Of a stretch of DNA of 64,000 nucleotides, positions 53,181-61,439 are shown piece by piece. Positions within the stretch are counted from its first letter, which is position 1. Every line of letters starts with the position of its first letter. A program made the translations under genes and the position numbers. The notes below the pieces were generated by a model. It made no database searches. It was not told the origin of the DNA and saw only the letters and a list, made by a program, of their open reading frames with translations. The DNA lies in assembly GCA_964535215.1 (NCBI GenBank), contig CAZHST010000001.1, positions 82,621 through 146,620 on the forward strand, written 5' to 3'. The stretch is from an uncultured bacterium (lineage in GTDB: Bacteria; Methylomirabilota; Methylomirabilia; Methylomirabilales; JACQHM01).

Positions 53181-55193
53181 GTGGCGATCCACTGCCATAG
53201 CGGGATCAGAAGGTGGAAAGAGCGGCTTCCTGTGACCTTCGCCCTGGCCGGAAACCCCAATGTGGGGAAATCCAGCGTCTTCAACTGGCTGACGGGGATG
53301 GGGGTGATGACGGCCAACTACCCGGGGAAGACGGTGGAGGTGAACCTGGCCACCACCCGGTTCCAGGATCAGGAGATCGGGATCATGGACCTCCCCGGGA
53401 CCTACGCCCTCGGTTCCACCTCGGAAGATCAGTGGGTGGCAAGACAGGCCCTCCTCGATGCGGAACCTGACGTGGTCCTGGTCGTCGTGGATGCGACGAA
53501 CCTCGAGCGGAACCTCTACCTGCCTCTCCAGCTCCTGGACATGGGCCTTCCCCTCGTCATTGCCTTGAATCTGATGGATGAGGCCCTGAGGAACGGGCTC
53601 AGGATCGATCATGGGAAGCTGGCGAAGCTCTTAGGCGCTCCCGTCGTCCCCACGGTGGCCATTCGGGGGCAGGGGCTCGACCGGCTGGTGGAGACAGGGC
53701 TTCAGGTGATGCGGCTCCGCTTCTCCCGGGCCTCTCCACCCCGGTACGGGAGGGATGTGGAAGAGGCCATCGGGGAGCTGGCCGATCTGCTGGTCAAGGA
53801 GGAGGTTGTCCTCCCCTGGGGGCTTCCCCCCCGGGCCGTGGCGATCCTCCTGCTGGAAGAGGACGAAGAGATCCTGGCCTGGGCCAGGGGCCTTCCCAAG
53901 GGGGAGCGGATCCTGGCCAAGGCTCGAGAGGTGGCCTCCTGGATCAGCGAGCGTCACGGGGAGCCAGCCCCCCTTTGGATTGCCAGGGAGCGCCACGGCC
54001 TGGCCGGGGCCATCGGTGCCCAGGTCGTGACCCGGGTGAGCGCCCCCTCGAGGACCCAGGATCACCTCTGGCGCCTGACGACGGCCCCCATGACCGGTTT
54101 CCCCCTTCTCGCCCTGGTCCTGGCCACCCTCTTCGCCTTCCTGTTCTATGTGGGGGATTTCCTGTCGAATCTCCTGAGTCGCCTCTGGGAGGTTTCAGCC
54201 TCCCCGCTCATCCGGTTCATCATCCACCTGGCCTTCGGCCAGGGGGTTCTTTCCAGGACCCTCCTCTGGGGATTCGACGCCGGGGTCAATGCTGCCCTTT
54301 CTGTCGGCATCCCCTACGTCCTCACCTTCTACCTCCTCCTTTCGATCCTGGAGGATACCGGGTATCTGAACTCCGTGGCCTTCCTGACGGATCCCTTCAT
54401 GCACCGGTTAGGGCTTCACGGCCGGGCGGTCATCCCGCTCGTGGCGGGGGCTGGCTGCAACGTCCCGGCCATCATGGGGACCAGGGTCCTGACGACGATG
54501 CGGGAGCGGATCCTGGCCAGCACCCTGATCTGCTTGATGCCCTGTAGTGCCAGGACGGCGGTCATCGCCGGCGCCGTCTCGAAGTATGTCGGCTGGGGGC
54601 CGGCCGTTATGATCTACCTGATCGTAGCCGGGATCGGTTTTTTGGCCGGGTGGGGATTGAGCCGGGTCCTCCCGGGCCGCTCGACGGGGCTCGTCATGGA
54701 GATGTTCCCGTTCCGGGCCCCCTCCTTCCCGAAGATGCTGAGAAGGACCTGGTCCCGCTTCAAGGACTTCCTCTTCGTCGCCACCCCTGTGGTCCTGATC
54801 GGGAGCTTCATCCTGGGGTTGATCTACGAGACAGGCCTTCTCTGGACCTTTACCGTTCCGCTTAAGCCGGTGGTCGAGGGATGGCTTGGCCTCCCCGCGG
54901 TCGCCGGCCTGACCCTGATCTTTGCCGTGCTCAGGAAGGAGCTAGCCTTGCAGCTCCTGGTGGCCCTGGCCATCGCGCAATACGGATCCGGGGTGACGGA
55001 CCTCCTCCAGTTCATGGACAAGGGTCAGATTTTCACCTACGCCCTGGTCAACACCCTCTACATCCCCTGCATCGCGACCATCGCCGTTCTGGCGAAGGAG
55101 CTGGGGTGGAGAAGGGCCCTCCTGATCTCGGCCTTCACGATCCTGTTGGCGCTTCTTACCGGTGGGATCGTCCACCGGCTTTTGAGCCTTTAG
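53181..55193 (+). CDS. feoB: Ferrous iron transporter FeoB
   Basis: G-domain motifs ALAGNPNVGKSSVFN, DLPGTY and NLMD. C-terminal polytopic membrane domain. GTG 53232 is an alternative start. Confidence 0.9.
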   Translation: MAIHCHSGIRRWKERLPVTFALAGNPNVGKSSVFNWLTGMGVMTANYPGKTVEVNLATTRFQDQEIGIMDLPGTYALGSTSEDQWVARQALLDAEPDVVLVVVDATNLERNLYLPLQLLDMGLPLVIALNLMDEALRNGLRIDHGKLAKLLGAPVVPTVAIRGQGLDRLVETGLQVMRLRFSRASPPRYGRDVEEAIGELADLLVKEEVVLPWGLPPRAVAILLLEEDEEILAWARGLPKGERILAKAREVASWISERHGEPAPLWIARERHGLAGAIGAQVVTRVSAPSRTQDHLWRLTTAPMTGFPLLALVLATLFAFLFYVGDFLSNLLSRLWEVSASPLIRFIIHLAFGQGVLSRTLLWGFDAGVNAALSVGIPYVLTFYLLLSILEDTGYLNSVAFLTDPFMHRLGLHGRAVIPLVAGAGCNVPAIMGTRVLTTMRERILASTLICLMPCSARTAVIAGAVSKYVGWGPAVMIYLIVAGIGFLAGWGLSRVLPGRSTGLVMEMFPFRAPSFPKMLRRTWSRFKDFLFVATPVVLIGSFILGLIYETGLLWTFTVPLKPVVEGWLGLPAVAGLTLIFAVLRKELALQLLVALAIAQYGSGVTDLLQFMDKGQIFTYALVNTLYIPCIATIAVLAKELGWRRALLISAFTILLALLTGGIVHRLLSL

Positions 55194-55194
55194 C

Positions 55195-55578
55195 ATGACA
55201 GGCCGGAGCGTAGAGAACCTCCTCCTGGTCGGTGTCCTCCTCGCCTTGGCTTTTGGGGTTCTCCTTCAAAGGGATACCCCACGGCTCCCTGTCGAACCGG
55301 GGGGCCATGGGCTTTTCAGGCCGGTGGCCTTGGCCCCCGAAGGGGCTTCGGTCAGACAGGGGGCCTCCCTCTTCCGGCTTCGAGGGTGTCTCGGGTGTCA
55401 TCAGGTCAAGGGAGCCGGGGGAGGGGTCGGACCTGATCTGAGCAGGGTGGGGTTGAGGTGGCGTCGGGAGGCCCTCTTTGATCGGTTGGAGGGCCATACC
55501 CTGCTCATGCCCGACTTTGGGCACCTGCCACCCGAGGAGAAGCAGGAACTGGTCGAGTACCTCATGACCCTTCGGTAA
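55195..55578 (+). CDS. Membrane-anchored monohaem class I cytochrome c
   Basis: TM helix. CLGCHQVKG...GPDL, with a distal Met candidate in LLMPDF. Confidence 0.7.
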   Translation: MTGRSVENLLLVGVLLALAFGVLLQRDTPRLPVEPGGHGLFRPVALAPEGASVRQGASLFRLRGCLGCHQVKGAGGGVGPDLSRVGLRWRREALFDRLEGHTLLMPDFGHLPPEEKQELVEYLMTLR

Positions 55579-55590
55579 GAGGCCCCAGCC

Positions 55591-56508
55591 ATGATCCAGG
55601 CCCAAAGGGGAACAGGGAGGAGATCGGGGAGGGAAGCGAACGGCCGTCAGATCAGGGCCGTCCTCTGGAAGGTCATGGGCTTAAATCTCGCTGTGGCCCT
55701 GGCCAAGCTCCTCTACGGCCTGAAGACGGGGGCCATCAGCATGGTCGCCGATGGCTACCATTCCCTCCTGGACAGCTCCTCGAACGTGATCGGCCTGGTC
55801 GGGATCTGGATCGCGTACCGCCCTCCTGATGCCTCCCACCCTTACGGCCATCGGAAGTTCGAGCCGTTGGCCGCCATGGGGATCTCCTTCCTCCTGTTCA
55901 CCGCCTGCTACCAGATCCTGAAAAGCTCCCTGGAGCGCCTCCGCTCGCCCCAGGAACCGGTCGTCACCCTGTTGAGCTTCGTCGTCATGCTCGCGACCAT
56001 GGCCGTGAACCTCTTCGTGACGACCTACGAGCGGCGGAAAGGGCGGGAGCTGGGGAGCACGATCCTCCTGGCCGATGCCCTCCACACCAAGAGTGATCTT
56101 TACACGTCCTCCCTGGTGCTCTTGGCCCTCCTGTTTTCCAGGCTCGGATACCCCTGGGCGGATGTCGGGGCAGCCATCGTCGTCACGGTCTTCATCGCCA
56201 AGGCCGCCTATGAGATCATTGACGAGAGCCTCCAGGCCTTGGCCGACGCCTCCAGGATCGCCCCCGAGCTGATCGCGCTCCTGGTCCGTCGGATGCCGGG
56301 GGTCCTGGGATGCCATCGGATCAGGACCCGAGGCGTGAAGGACCATGTCCACGTGGACTTAACCATCGAGGTCGATCCAACCCTGGCCGTCCCGGAAGCC
56401 CATCGGATCGCGGATCAGGTGGAGGCGATGCTCGTTAAGGCAGGGATCGGGATTGTGGATGTGGTCGTCCACATCGAACCCCTGGAAAAGGGTCGGGGTT
56501 CGGGATAG
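55591..56508 (+). CDS. Cation diffusion facilitator (CDF) family metal efflux transporter
   Basis: Six TM helices. ADGYHSLLDSSSN (TM2 site) and ADALHTKSDL (TM5 site). C-terminal cytoplasmic domain. Confidence 0.85.
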   Translation: MIQAQRGTGRRSGREANGRQIRAVLWKVMGLNLAVALAKLLYGLKTGAISMVADGYHSLLDSSSNVIGLVGIWIAYRPPDASHPYGHRKFEPLAAMGISFLLFTACYQILKSSLERLRSPQEPVVTLLSFVVMLATMAVNLFVTTYERRKGRELGSTILLADALHTKSDLYTSSLVLLALLFSRLGYPWADVGAAIVVTVFIAKAAYEIIDESLQALADASRIAPELIALLVRRMPGVLGCHRIRTRGVKDHVHVDLTIEVDPTLAVPEAHRIADQVEAMLVKAGIGIVDVVVHIEPLEKGRGSG

Positions 56509-56510
56509 GA

Positions 56511-57203
56511 ATGATGGGGGGAGAGGTCATGGGAGATCTCCTTGAGCTGATCGCAAACACCTCGGATGGTGTCTTCGCCGTGGACCCTCACCATCGGATC
56601 ATCCTGTGGAATGAGGCGGCTGAGAGGCTCCTCGGATTTCAGGCCCGGGAGGTCCTTGGGAGGTTCTGCTACGAGGTCCTCGGCAGCCGGGATCCCTCCG
56701 GTCATCTGGTCTGCCACAAAAGGTGTCAACCCTATCTGATGGCCGCGGAGGGTGAGCTTCCCCCCTCCCAGGATCTTATCACCTGGACGAAGGATGGCCG
56801 TGAGATCTGGTTGAATGTCACGACCGTCGTGGTCCCGACGCACCGGAGGGATCTCTCCGTCCTCGTTCACATCTTCCGGGATATCAGCCGGCAGAAGGAG
56901 ATGGAGCAGTTCGTCCAGCAACTGCTCTCCAGCGTGGCACGGCTTTCCTGGCCTCAAGGGCTGGAACCCCTCCCGGAGCCTCTCTCCTTGGGCACCCCGC
57001 GGGATCATGTCCAGGAGCTGACCGTCCGTGAGATAGAAGTGCTCCGGTTGCTCGCCTCGGGCACCTCGACCAAGGCCATCGCCGAGAAGCTCTGCATCAG
57101 CCCTTCCACGGTCAAGAACCACACCCAGAACATCCTGGCCAAGCTGAAGGTGCACAGCCGCCTCGAGGCGGTGGCTTTGGCCTTCCGGTACGGCCTTATC
57201 TAG
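56511..57203 (+). CDS. PAS-domain LuxR-family transcriptional regulator with a conserved Cys cluster (paralog B)
   Basis: Collinear with 25564..26253 (LELIANTSDGVFAV...RIILWN...HIFRDI.RQKE.EQFV...LT.REI.VL.LLA.GT.TKAIA). The start may instead be ATG 56529. Confidence 0.8.
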   Translation: MMGGEVMGDLLELIANTSDGVFAVDPHHRIILWNEAAERLLGFQAREVLGRFCYEVLGSRDPSGHLVCHKRCQPYLMAAEGELPPSQDLITWTKDGREIWLNVTTVVVPTHRRDLSVLVHIFRDISRQKEMEQFVQQLLSSVARLSWPQGLEPLPEPLSLGTPRDHVQELTVREIEVLRLLASGTSTKAIAEKLCISPSTVKNHTQNILAKLKVHSRLEAVALAFRYGLI

Positions 57204-57426
57204 AGGGGACTTCTAGTCCTGTTGGACTACAAAAATGGTCCAAATGCTCTATAGACGGTGACGCCTCAAGGATATATATTAGAAAATCGCCGTATGGGAC
57301 TTGTTATTGCATGTCTCGGGCCTAAAGGGTCATCTTAAATCTTAGGGGGAAGGAGGTGGGAGTCCACCGTGGGCGAGAGAGAGGGAGGGTAAGGGGTTCT
57401 GAACTTGTTTCTAAGGAGGGAGCGTC

Positions 57427-58428
57427 ATGAAGCCGAGAGGGAAGATTGCGAGCGTAGGGATCATGGTGGTGTTCCTCGTTGGCCTCCTGGGGGTGGTCGC
57501 GTGGGGGGAGGAGACGCCCATCGGCCCGAAGTGGTGGCCCTCCCGCTGGGGCCCTGGCGATGAGGCCGGCGCCTCCAACTGGATGACCCCGGCGAAGGTC
57601 CTGGAGGCGGTGAAGCTCATCACAACGGGGAAGGTCTATCGGCTGGGCCGGGTCTATGAAGCTGGGATGCCCCTGTTCGGCCAGCGGGCCTTCTCCCTCC
57701 GGATCCCGGCAACCCCCACAGGGGGCCCCGTCGGCAAGAACAAGATCATCTGGCACGATGAGTTCCTCTGCACCGAGATCGGGCAGGTCGGCACCCAGTT
57801 TGATGGTTTAGGCCACGTCGGCGTCCAGGTGGGGGCCCCGGGGGACAAGACCGAGATGCGCTACTACAACGGCTTCACCGAGGCCGAGATCGGCACGGCG
57901 TACGGGCTGGCGAAGCTGGGGGTTGAGAAGCTGAAGCCTTTCTTCACCCGGGGCATCCTGATTGACGTGGAGGGCTACAAGGGCCGGATGCTGGACAAGG
58001 GGGAGGAGATCACCCTGGCCGATGTCCGGGGCGCCCTGCGGCGGCAGGGGCTCTCCGAGGACAGCATCAGGCCGGGGGATGCGGTCCTCTTCAACACCGG
58101 CTGGGGGAGCCTCTGGATGAAGGATAACGCCCGCTTCACCAGCGGTCAGCCGGGGATCGGGATGGAAGTGGCCAAGTGGCTCATTGAAAAGCAGGTCGCC
58201 TATGTGGGGTCCGACACGTGGGCGACAGAGGTGGTCCCGAACCCCAACCCCGACCTGGCCTTCGTCGTGCACAACGAGCTGATCACCAAGCATGGGATCC
58301 TCAACCACGAGAACCTGGACTTCACCGAGCTGATCCGGGACAGGGTCTACGAGTTCGCCTATATCTTTGTCCCGGTCCCGATCAAGGGCGCGACCGGCTC
58401 GCCGGGGAGCCCCATCGCCGTCAGGTAA
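57427..58428 (+). CDS. Secreted cyclase-family protein (arylformamidase/kynurenine formamidase-like fold)
   Basis: Signal peptide. GPGDEAGASNW...GKVYRLG...GTQFDGLGH is typical of the putative cyclase family. Confidence 0.65.
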   Translation: MKPRGKIASVGIMVVFLVGLLGVVAWGEETPIGPKWWPSRWGPGDEAGASNWMTPAKVLEAVKLITTGKVYRLGRVYEAGMPLFGQRAFSLRIPATPTGGPVGKNKIIWHDEFLCTEIGQVGTQFDGLGHVGVQVGAPGDKTEMRYYNGFTEAEIGTAYGLAKLGVEKLKPFFTRGILIDVEGYKGRMLDKGEEITLADVRGALRRQGLSEDSIRPGDAVLFNTGWGSLWMKDNARFTSGQPGIGMEVAKWLIEKQVAYVGSDTWATEVVPNPNPDLAFVVHNELITKHGILNHENLDFTELIRDRVYEFAYIFVPVPIKGATGSPGSPIAVR

Positions 58429-58455
58429 AACGATCCGGAAAGGAGGATCGGGGAA

Positions 58456-58488
58456 GGGCCGTCTGGGAACGCAGACGGCCCTTTTTTT
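58456..58488 (+). terminator. Rho-independent terminator
   Basis: GGGCCGTCTG-GGAACG-CAGACGGCCC, a perfect 10-bp stem, followed by TTTTTTT. Confidence 0.85.
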
Positions 58489-58521
58489 ATCCCGTCCCGG
58501 AAGGTGGGGGACAGGTTTTTG

Positions 58522-58551
58522 TTGACACGTTGAGGCTGGGGCAGATATATT
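58522..58551 (+). promoter_or_regulatory. Sigma-70-like promoter (TTGACA, 17-18 nt spacer, ATATAT/TATATT)
   Basis: Consensus -35 element and an AT-rich -10 element, read directly. About 95 nt upstream of ATG 58644. Confidence 0.55.
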
Positions 58552-58643
58552 TAAGGCCATCCCCGACCGGATAAGGAGGTCGGTGGAAGTGAGGTGGGTA
58601 TCCTGAGGGGACCCATGGGTTTGTGAGAGGGGAGGGAAGGACG

Positions 58644-59705
58644 ATGGAGATGAACCGACGGGAGTTCCTGACCACGGCCGCTGCCGCTGCCGCGACCGCG
58701 GCCCTTGCACCTGTTGCCGAGGCCATCGAGAGGGACTGGACGGGGCAGAGGCCCGTCCGGTACCCGGATCCGGACATCGTCGTCCTCGACAAGCGGTTTG
58801 CCAAGTACAAGCTGGGCAACACACCGATCCTGAGGCTCCACACCGGGATGCTCTGGTCGGAAGGCCCGGCCTGGAACGGGGTCGGCCGGTATCTGGTTTG
58901 GAGCGACATTCCGAACAACGTGCAGCTCCGCTGGCTGGAGGAGGACGGCCATGTGAGCGTGTTCCGGAACCCCTCCGGGAACAGCAACGGCAACACCTTT
59001 GATTGGGAGGGCCGGCAGATCTCCTGCGAGCACGGCAACCGGCGGGTGGTCCGGTACGAGTATGACGGAAGCATCACCGTCCTGGCCGACCAGTGGCAGG
59101 GCAAGCCGCTGAACGCGCCGAACGATGTGGTGGTCCATCCGGATGGTGGCATCTGGTTCACCGATCCGGGCTATGGGAGCCTCATGAATTACGAGGGCAA
59201 GAAGGGTCCCCTCTATCTCAAAGAGGCCGTCTACCGGATTGACCCGAAGACCGGGAAGATGGACATCGTGACCGACGAGATCTACAAACCGAACGGCCTC
59301 TGCTTCTCGCCCGACTACAAGAAGCTCTACATCGCCGACACCGGGGCCTCCCATTATCCCGAGGCCCCCAAAAATATCAAGGTCTGGGATGTCGTGGACG
59401 GGACCAAGCTCAGGAATGGCCGGGAGTTCGCCTCGATGTACCTGGAGGGGAAAGGGGCTGGCTTTGCCGACGGGATCCGCGCCGATGTTGACGGCAACAT
59501 CTGGGCTGGCATGGGCTGGGTTGGCGAAGGCTACGACGGCGTCCACATCTTCGCCCCCGACGGCACCCGGATCGGCATGATCCTGATGCCGGAGATCATC
59601 TCCAACCTGTGCTTCGGCGGGACGAAGCGGAACCGGCTGTTCATGACCGGCAGCCAGTCCCTCTACGCCGTCTACGTGGAGACCCAGGGGGCGCACATCA
59701 CGTAA
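58644..59705 (+). CDS. Tat-exported SMP-30/gluconolactonase/LRE-like beta-propeller protein
   Basis: MEMNRREFLTTAAAAAATAALAP Tat signal. EGPAWN, NG.TFD..GR, PNDVVVHPDGGIWFTDP and PNGLCFSPD are typical repeats. Confidence 0.8.
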   Translation: MEMNRREFLTTAAAAAATAALAPVAEAIERDWTGQRPVRYPDPDIVVLDKRFAKYKLGNTPILRLHTGMLWSEGPAWNGVGRYLVWSDIPNNVQLRWLEEDGHVSVFRNPSGNSNGNTFDWEGRQISCEHGNRRVVRYEYDGSITVLADQWQGKPLNAPNDVVVHPDGGIWFTDPGYGSLMNYEGKKGPLYLKEAVYRIDPKTGKMDIVTDEIYKPNGLCFSPDYKKLYIADTGASHYPEAPKNIKVWDVVDGTKLRNGREFASMYLEGKGAGFADGIRADVDGNIWAGMGWVGEGYDGVHIFAPDGTRIGMILMPEIISNLCFGGTKRNRLFMTGSQSLYAVYVETQGAHIT

Positions 59706-59727
59706 CCCGGCCTCCGTTTCCCACCCC

Positions 59728-60048
59728 GTGACGCCTCCCCCGCAGGCGAAGCCGGACGAGTTCTCGCCCGACTCCTACTGGTGGCTGTTCCGGGACCTCC
59801 TGGATCGGATCAAGGGGGACGAGATCGGAACCGCCTTCAACCGGCGGCAGCCTCTGGTCCGGGCGGCCTTCGACCGGCTGGAGGAGAAGTGGGCGGCGGA
59901 GGCCTGGAAGGTGGAGCGCCAGGCCGTGGACCTGAAGCAGGCAGGGCGTAGTGCGGAGGCGACCCGCGTCTTAAATGCCTTTACAAAGAAGTGCCTGGAG
60001 GAGGCCCTGGAGACGATCGAGACCTTACGGCGAGCGTTGACCGTCTAG
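59728..60048 (+). CDS. Hypothetical helical protein
   Basis: GTG-initiated ORF with no obvious RBS. Amphipathic, helix-like composition. No motif recognised. Confidence 0.3.
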   Translation: MTPPPQAKPDEFSPDSYWWLFRDLLDRIKGDEIGTAFNRRQPLVRAAFDRLEEKWAAEAWKVERQAVDLKQAGRSAEATRVLNAFTKKCLEEALETIETLRRALTV

Positions 60049-60072
60049 GCTGAGACCGACAGGCCTCCTCAT

Positions 60073-60170
60073 GGACGGGCGACCCAGCGAGGCGTCCATT
60101 CCGGCCACCTCGGGGAGGGGCCGACCGGAGGACCAAAGTTCCTCATGGGCGTTCATCGGGTCGCCCGTCC
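60073..60170. repeat. Perfect 13-bp inverted repeat GGACGGGCGACCC / GGGTCGCCCGTCC with a 72-nt spacer
   Basis: The arms are 60073-60085 and 60158-60170, between convergent genes. CCTCATGG is repeated next to both arms. Confidence 0.6.
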
Positions 60171-60200
60171 TGTTCCCGGGCCCCCTGTTTTCGCAAGCTC

Positions 60201-60719
60201 TCAAGCCTGATTTTGGGGTTCATAGCCCATGGTGAGGATCACCTCGGCGGCCAGCTCGGCCGCTTTCCTCGCCACCTCCGGGCATTTCTCATACCCCCCT
60301 GCCTTCACGAAGGCCTTCCGCTCCTCCGGGTCCCAGAAGTTGAAGCTCCGGCCAAAGAGGGCTTTGTGGATCTCCCGGCATTGGGTGGTGCCGAAGGCCT
60401 CCTGGAAGCGCCGGCAGAGGTCCATGCTTAAGTCCATGGCCTTCGCGTAACCGGGGGAGGTGGTCCCGTCCTCAAGTCCCTCCCGCCCGAAGGCCAGGCT
60501 GATCGCCATGATGCCGCCGATCAGGGCCCCACAGGTCTCCCCCATCCGGGCGATTCCGCCGGCCAAGGCGGTCGCGGCCTTGTAGCTCTCCCGGTTTCCC
60601 AGCTTCAGGTGATCCTGGAGGGCCCTCAAGACGCACTGGGAGCACCCGTGGTAGGTTCTCTCGTACTCGTAGGCCGTCTCCCCTATCCTTGCGATCAGAT
60701 TGGCGTGAGATATGCTCAT
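60201..60719 (-). CDS. C_GCAxxG_C_C family redox-active protein
   Basis: HGCSQCVLRAL...GETCGALIGG...CREI...CPEV matches the family Cys pattern. Confidence 0.75.
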   Translation of the reverse strand: MSISHANLIARIGETAYEYERTYHGCSQCVLRALQDHLKLGNRESYKAATALAGGIARMGETCGALIGGIMAISLAFGREGLEDGTTSPGYAKAMDLSMDLCRRFQEAFGTTQCREIHKALFGRSFNFWDPEERKAFVKAGGYEKCPEVARKAAELAAEVILTMGYEPQNQA

Positions 60720-60744
60720 TGGCTCCCTCCTTTTAGATAAACGG

Positions 60745-60792
60745 TTCCAATCCTTTCCGCCCTATAATAGCCCCTTCGGGGGAGGATTGGAA
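60745..60792. repeat. Inverted repeat TTCCAATCCT / AGGATTGGAA enclosing TATAAT and a CCCC-TTCG-GGGG hairpin
   Basis: The 10-bp perfect arms are 60745-60754 and 60783-60792. TATAAT lies at 60763-60768. A second hairpin, AATAGG-N8-CCTATT, lies at 60803-60822. Confidence 0.5.
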
Positions 60793-60884
60793 TAGCTTAA
60801 AAAATAGGTCGTTTAGCCTATTGTCCTGAAAGCGGAGGCGGCCTATGATAAGGCAACAGTATGAACCGCTCTGGGAGGGCTGCT

Positions 60885-61436
60885 ATGAAACGCCGGCGAT
60901 ATCCTTTCACCCTTACCTTTATCCTGGGTTTCCTCCCTTTCACCCCTCTGGCCTCTTACGCCTACTTGGAGGAGGTCCTGGGCAAGAAGGGGAGGGTCGG
61001 GGAGGAGCTCATTCTCGAGGTAGGGGCCCTGCCCGTCCCACCCCCCGCCCGCCGACAGGTGGTTGATGCCGGTAAGGGGGCTGTCTGCCTCCAGTGTCAT
61101 CGCCTGCCGTACCCCACCGCCTTTTCTTCAATTCAAACGACCCCGCCGGGGGGGTTACGGCTCTTGACCTCCCACCCGGCCCTGTTAAACTCTATCGCCG
61201 GGGGGTGGAGCCCCGATGGGAGTCGTCTCCTCTTCTGGTCCTGGCGGACGGGGAACCCGGAGCTTTTCGTGGTGAAGGCTGATGGAACCGGTCTGGTACA
61301 ACTGACCGATAACCTGGCCTGGGATGTCCATGCGGCCTGGAGCCCCGATGGGAGGCGGATTGCCTTCGACTCCGACCGGATGGGAAACTTTGACATCTGG
61401 GTCCTGGACCTACCCCGATCATCAGAGGAGGATTGA
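60885..61436 (+). CDS. Secreted TolB-like (PD40/WD40-like) beta-propeller fragment protein with a CxxCH motif
   Basis: ATG 60885 after GGGAGGG. Signal peptide. CLQCH. PD40-like repeats WSPDGSRLLF...ELFVV..DG and WSPDGRRIAFDSDR.G..DIWV. Confidence 0.65.
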   Translation: MKRRRYPFTLTFILGFLPFTPLASYAYLEEVLGKKGRVGEELILEVGALPVPPPARRQVVDAGKGAVCLQCHRLPYPTAFSSIQTTPPGGLRLLTSHPALLNSIAGGWSPDGSRLLFWSWRTGNPELFVVKADGTGLVQLTDNLAWDVHAAWSPDGRRIAFDSDRMGNFDIWVLDLPRSSEED

Positions 61437-61439
61437 GCC

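Noticed and set aside
57296-57311. Sigma-54-like element tGGGACttgttaTTGCA upstream of the cyclase gene.
   Set aside because: Only the GG dinucleotide and the -12 TTGCA match. The -24 hexamer is otherwise non-consensus, so it was not listed as a feature.
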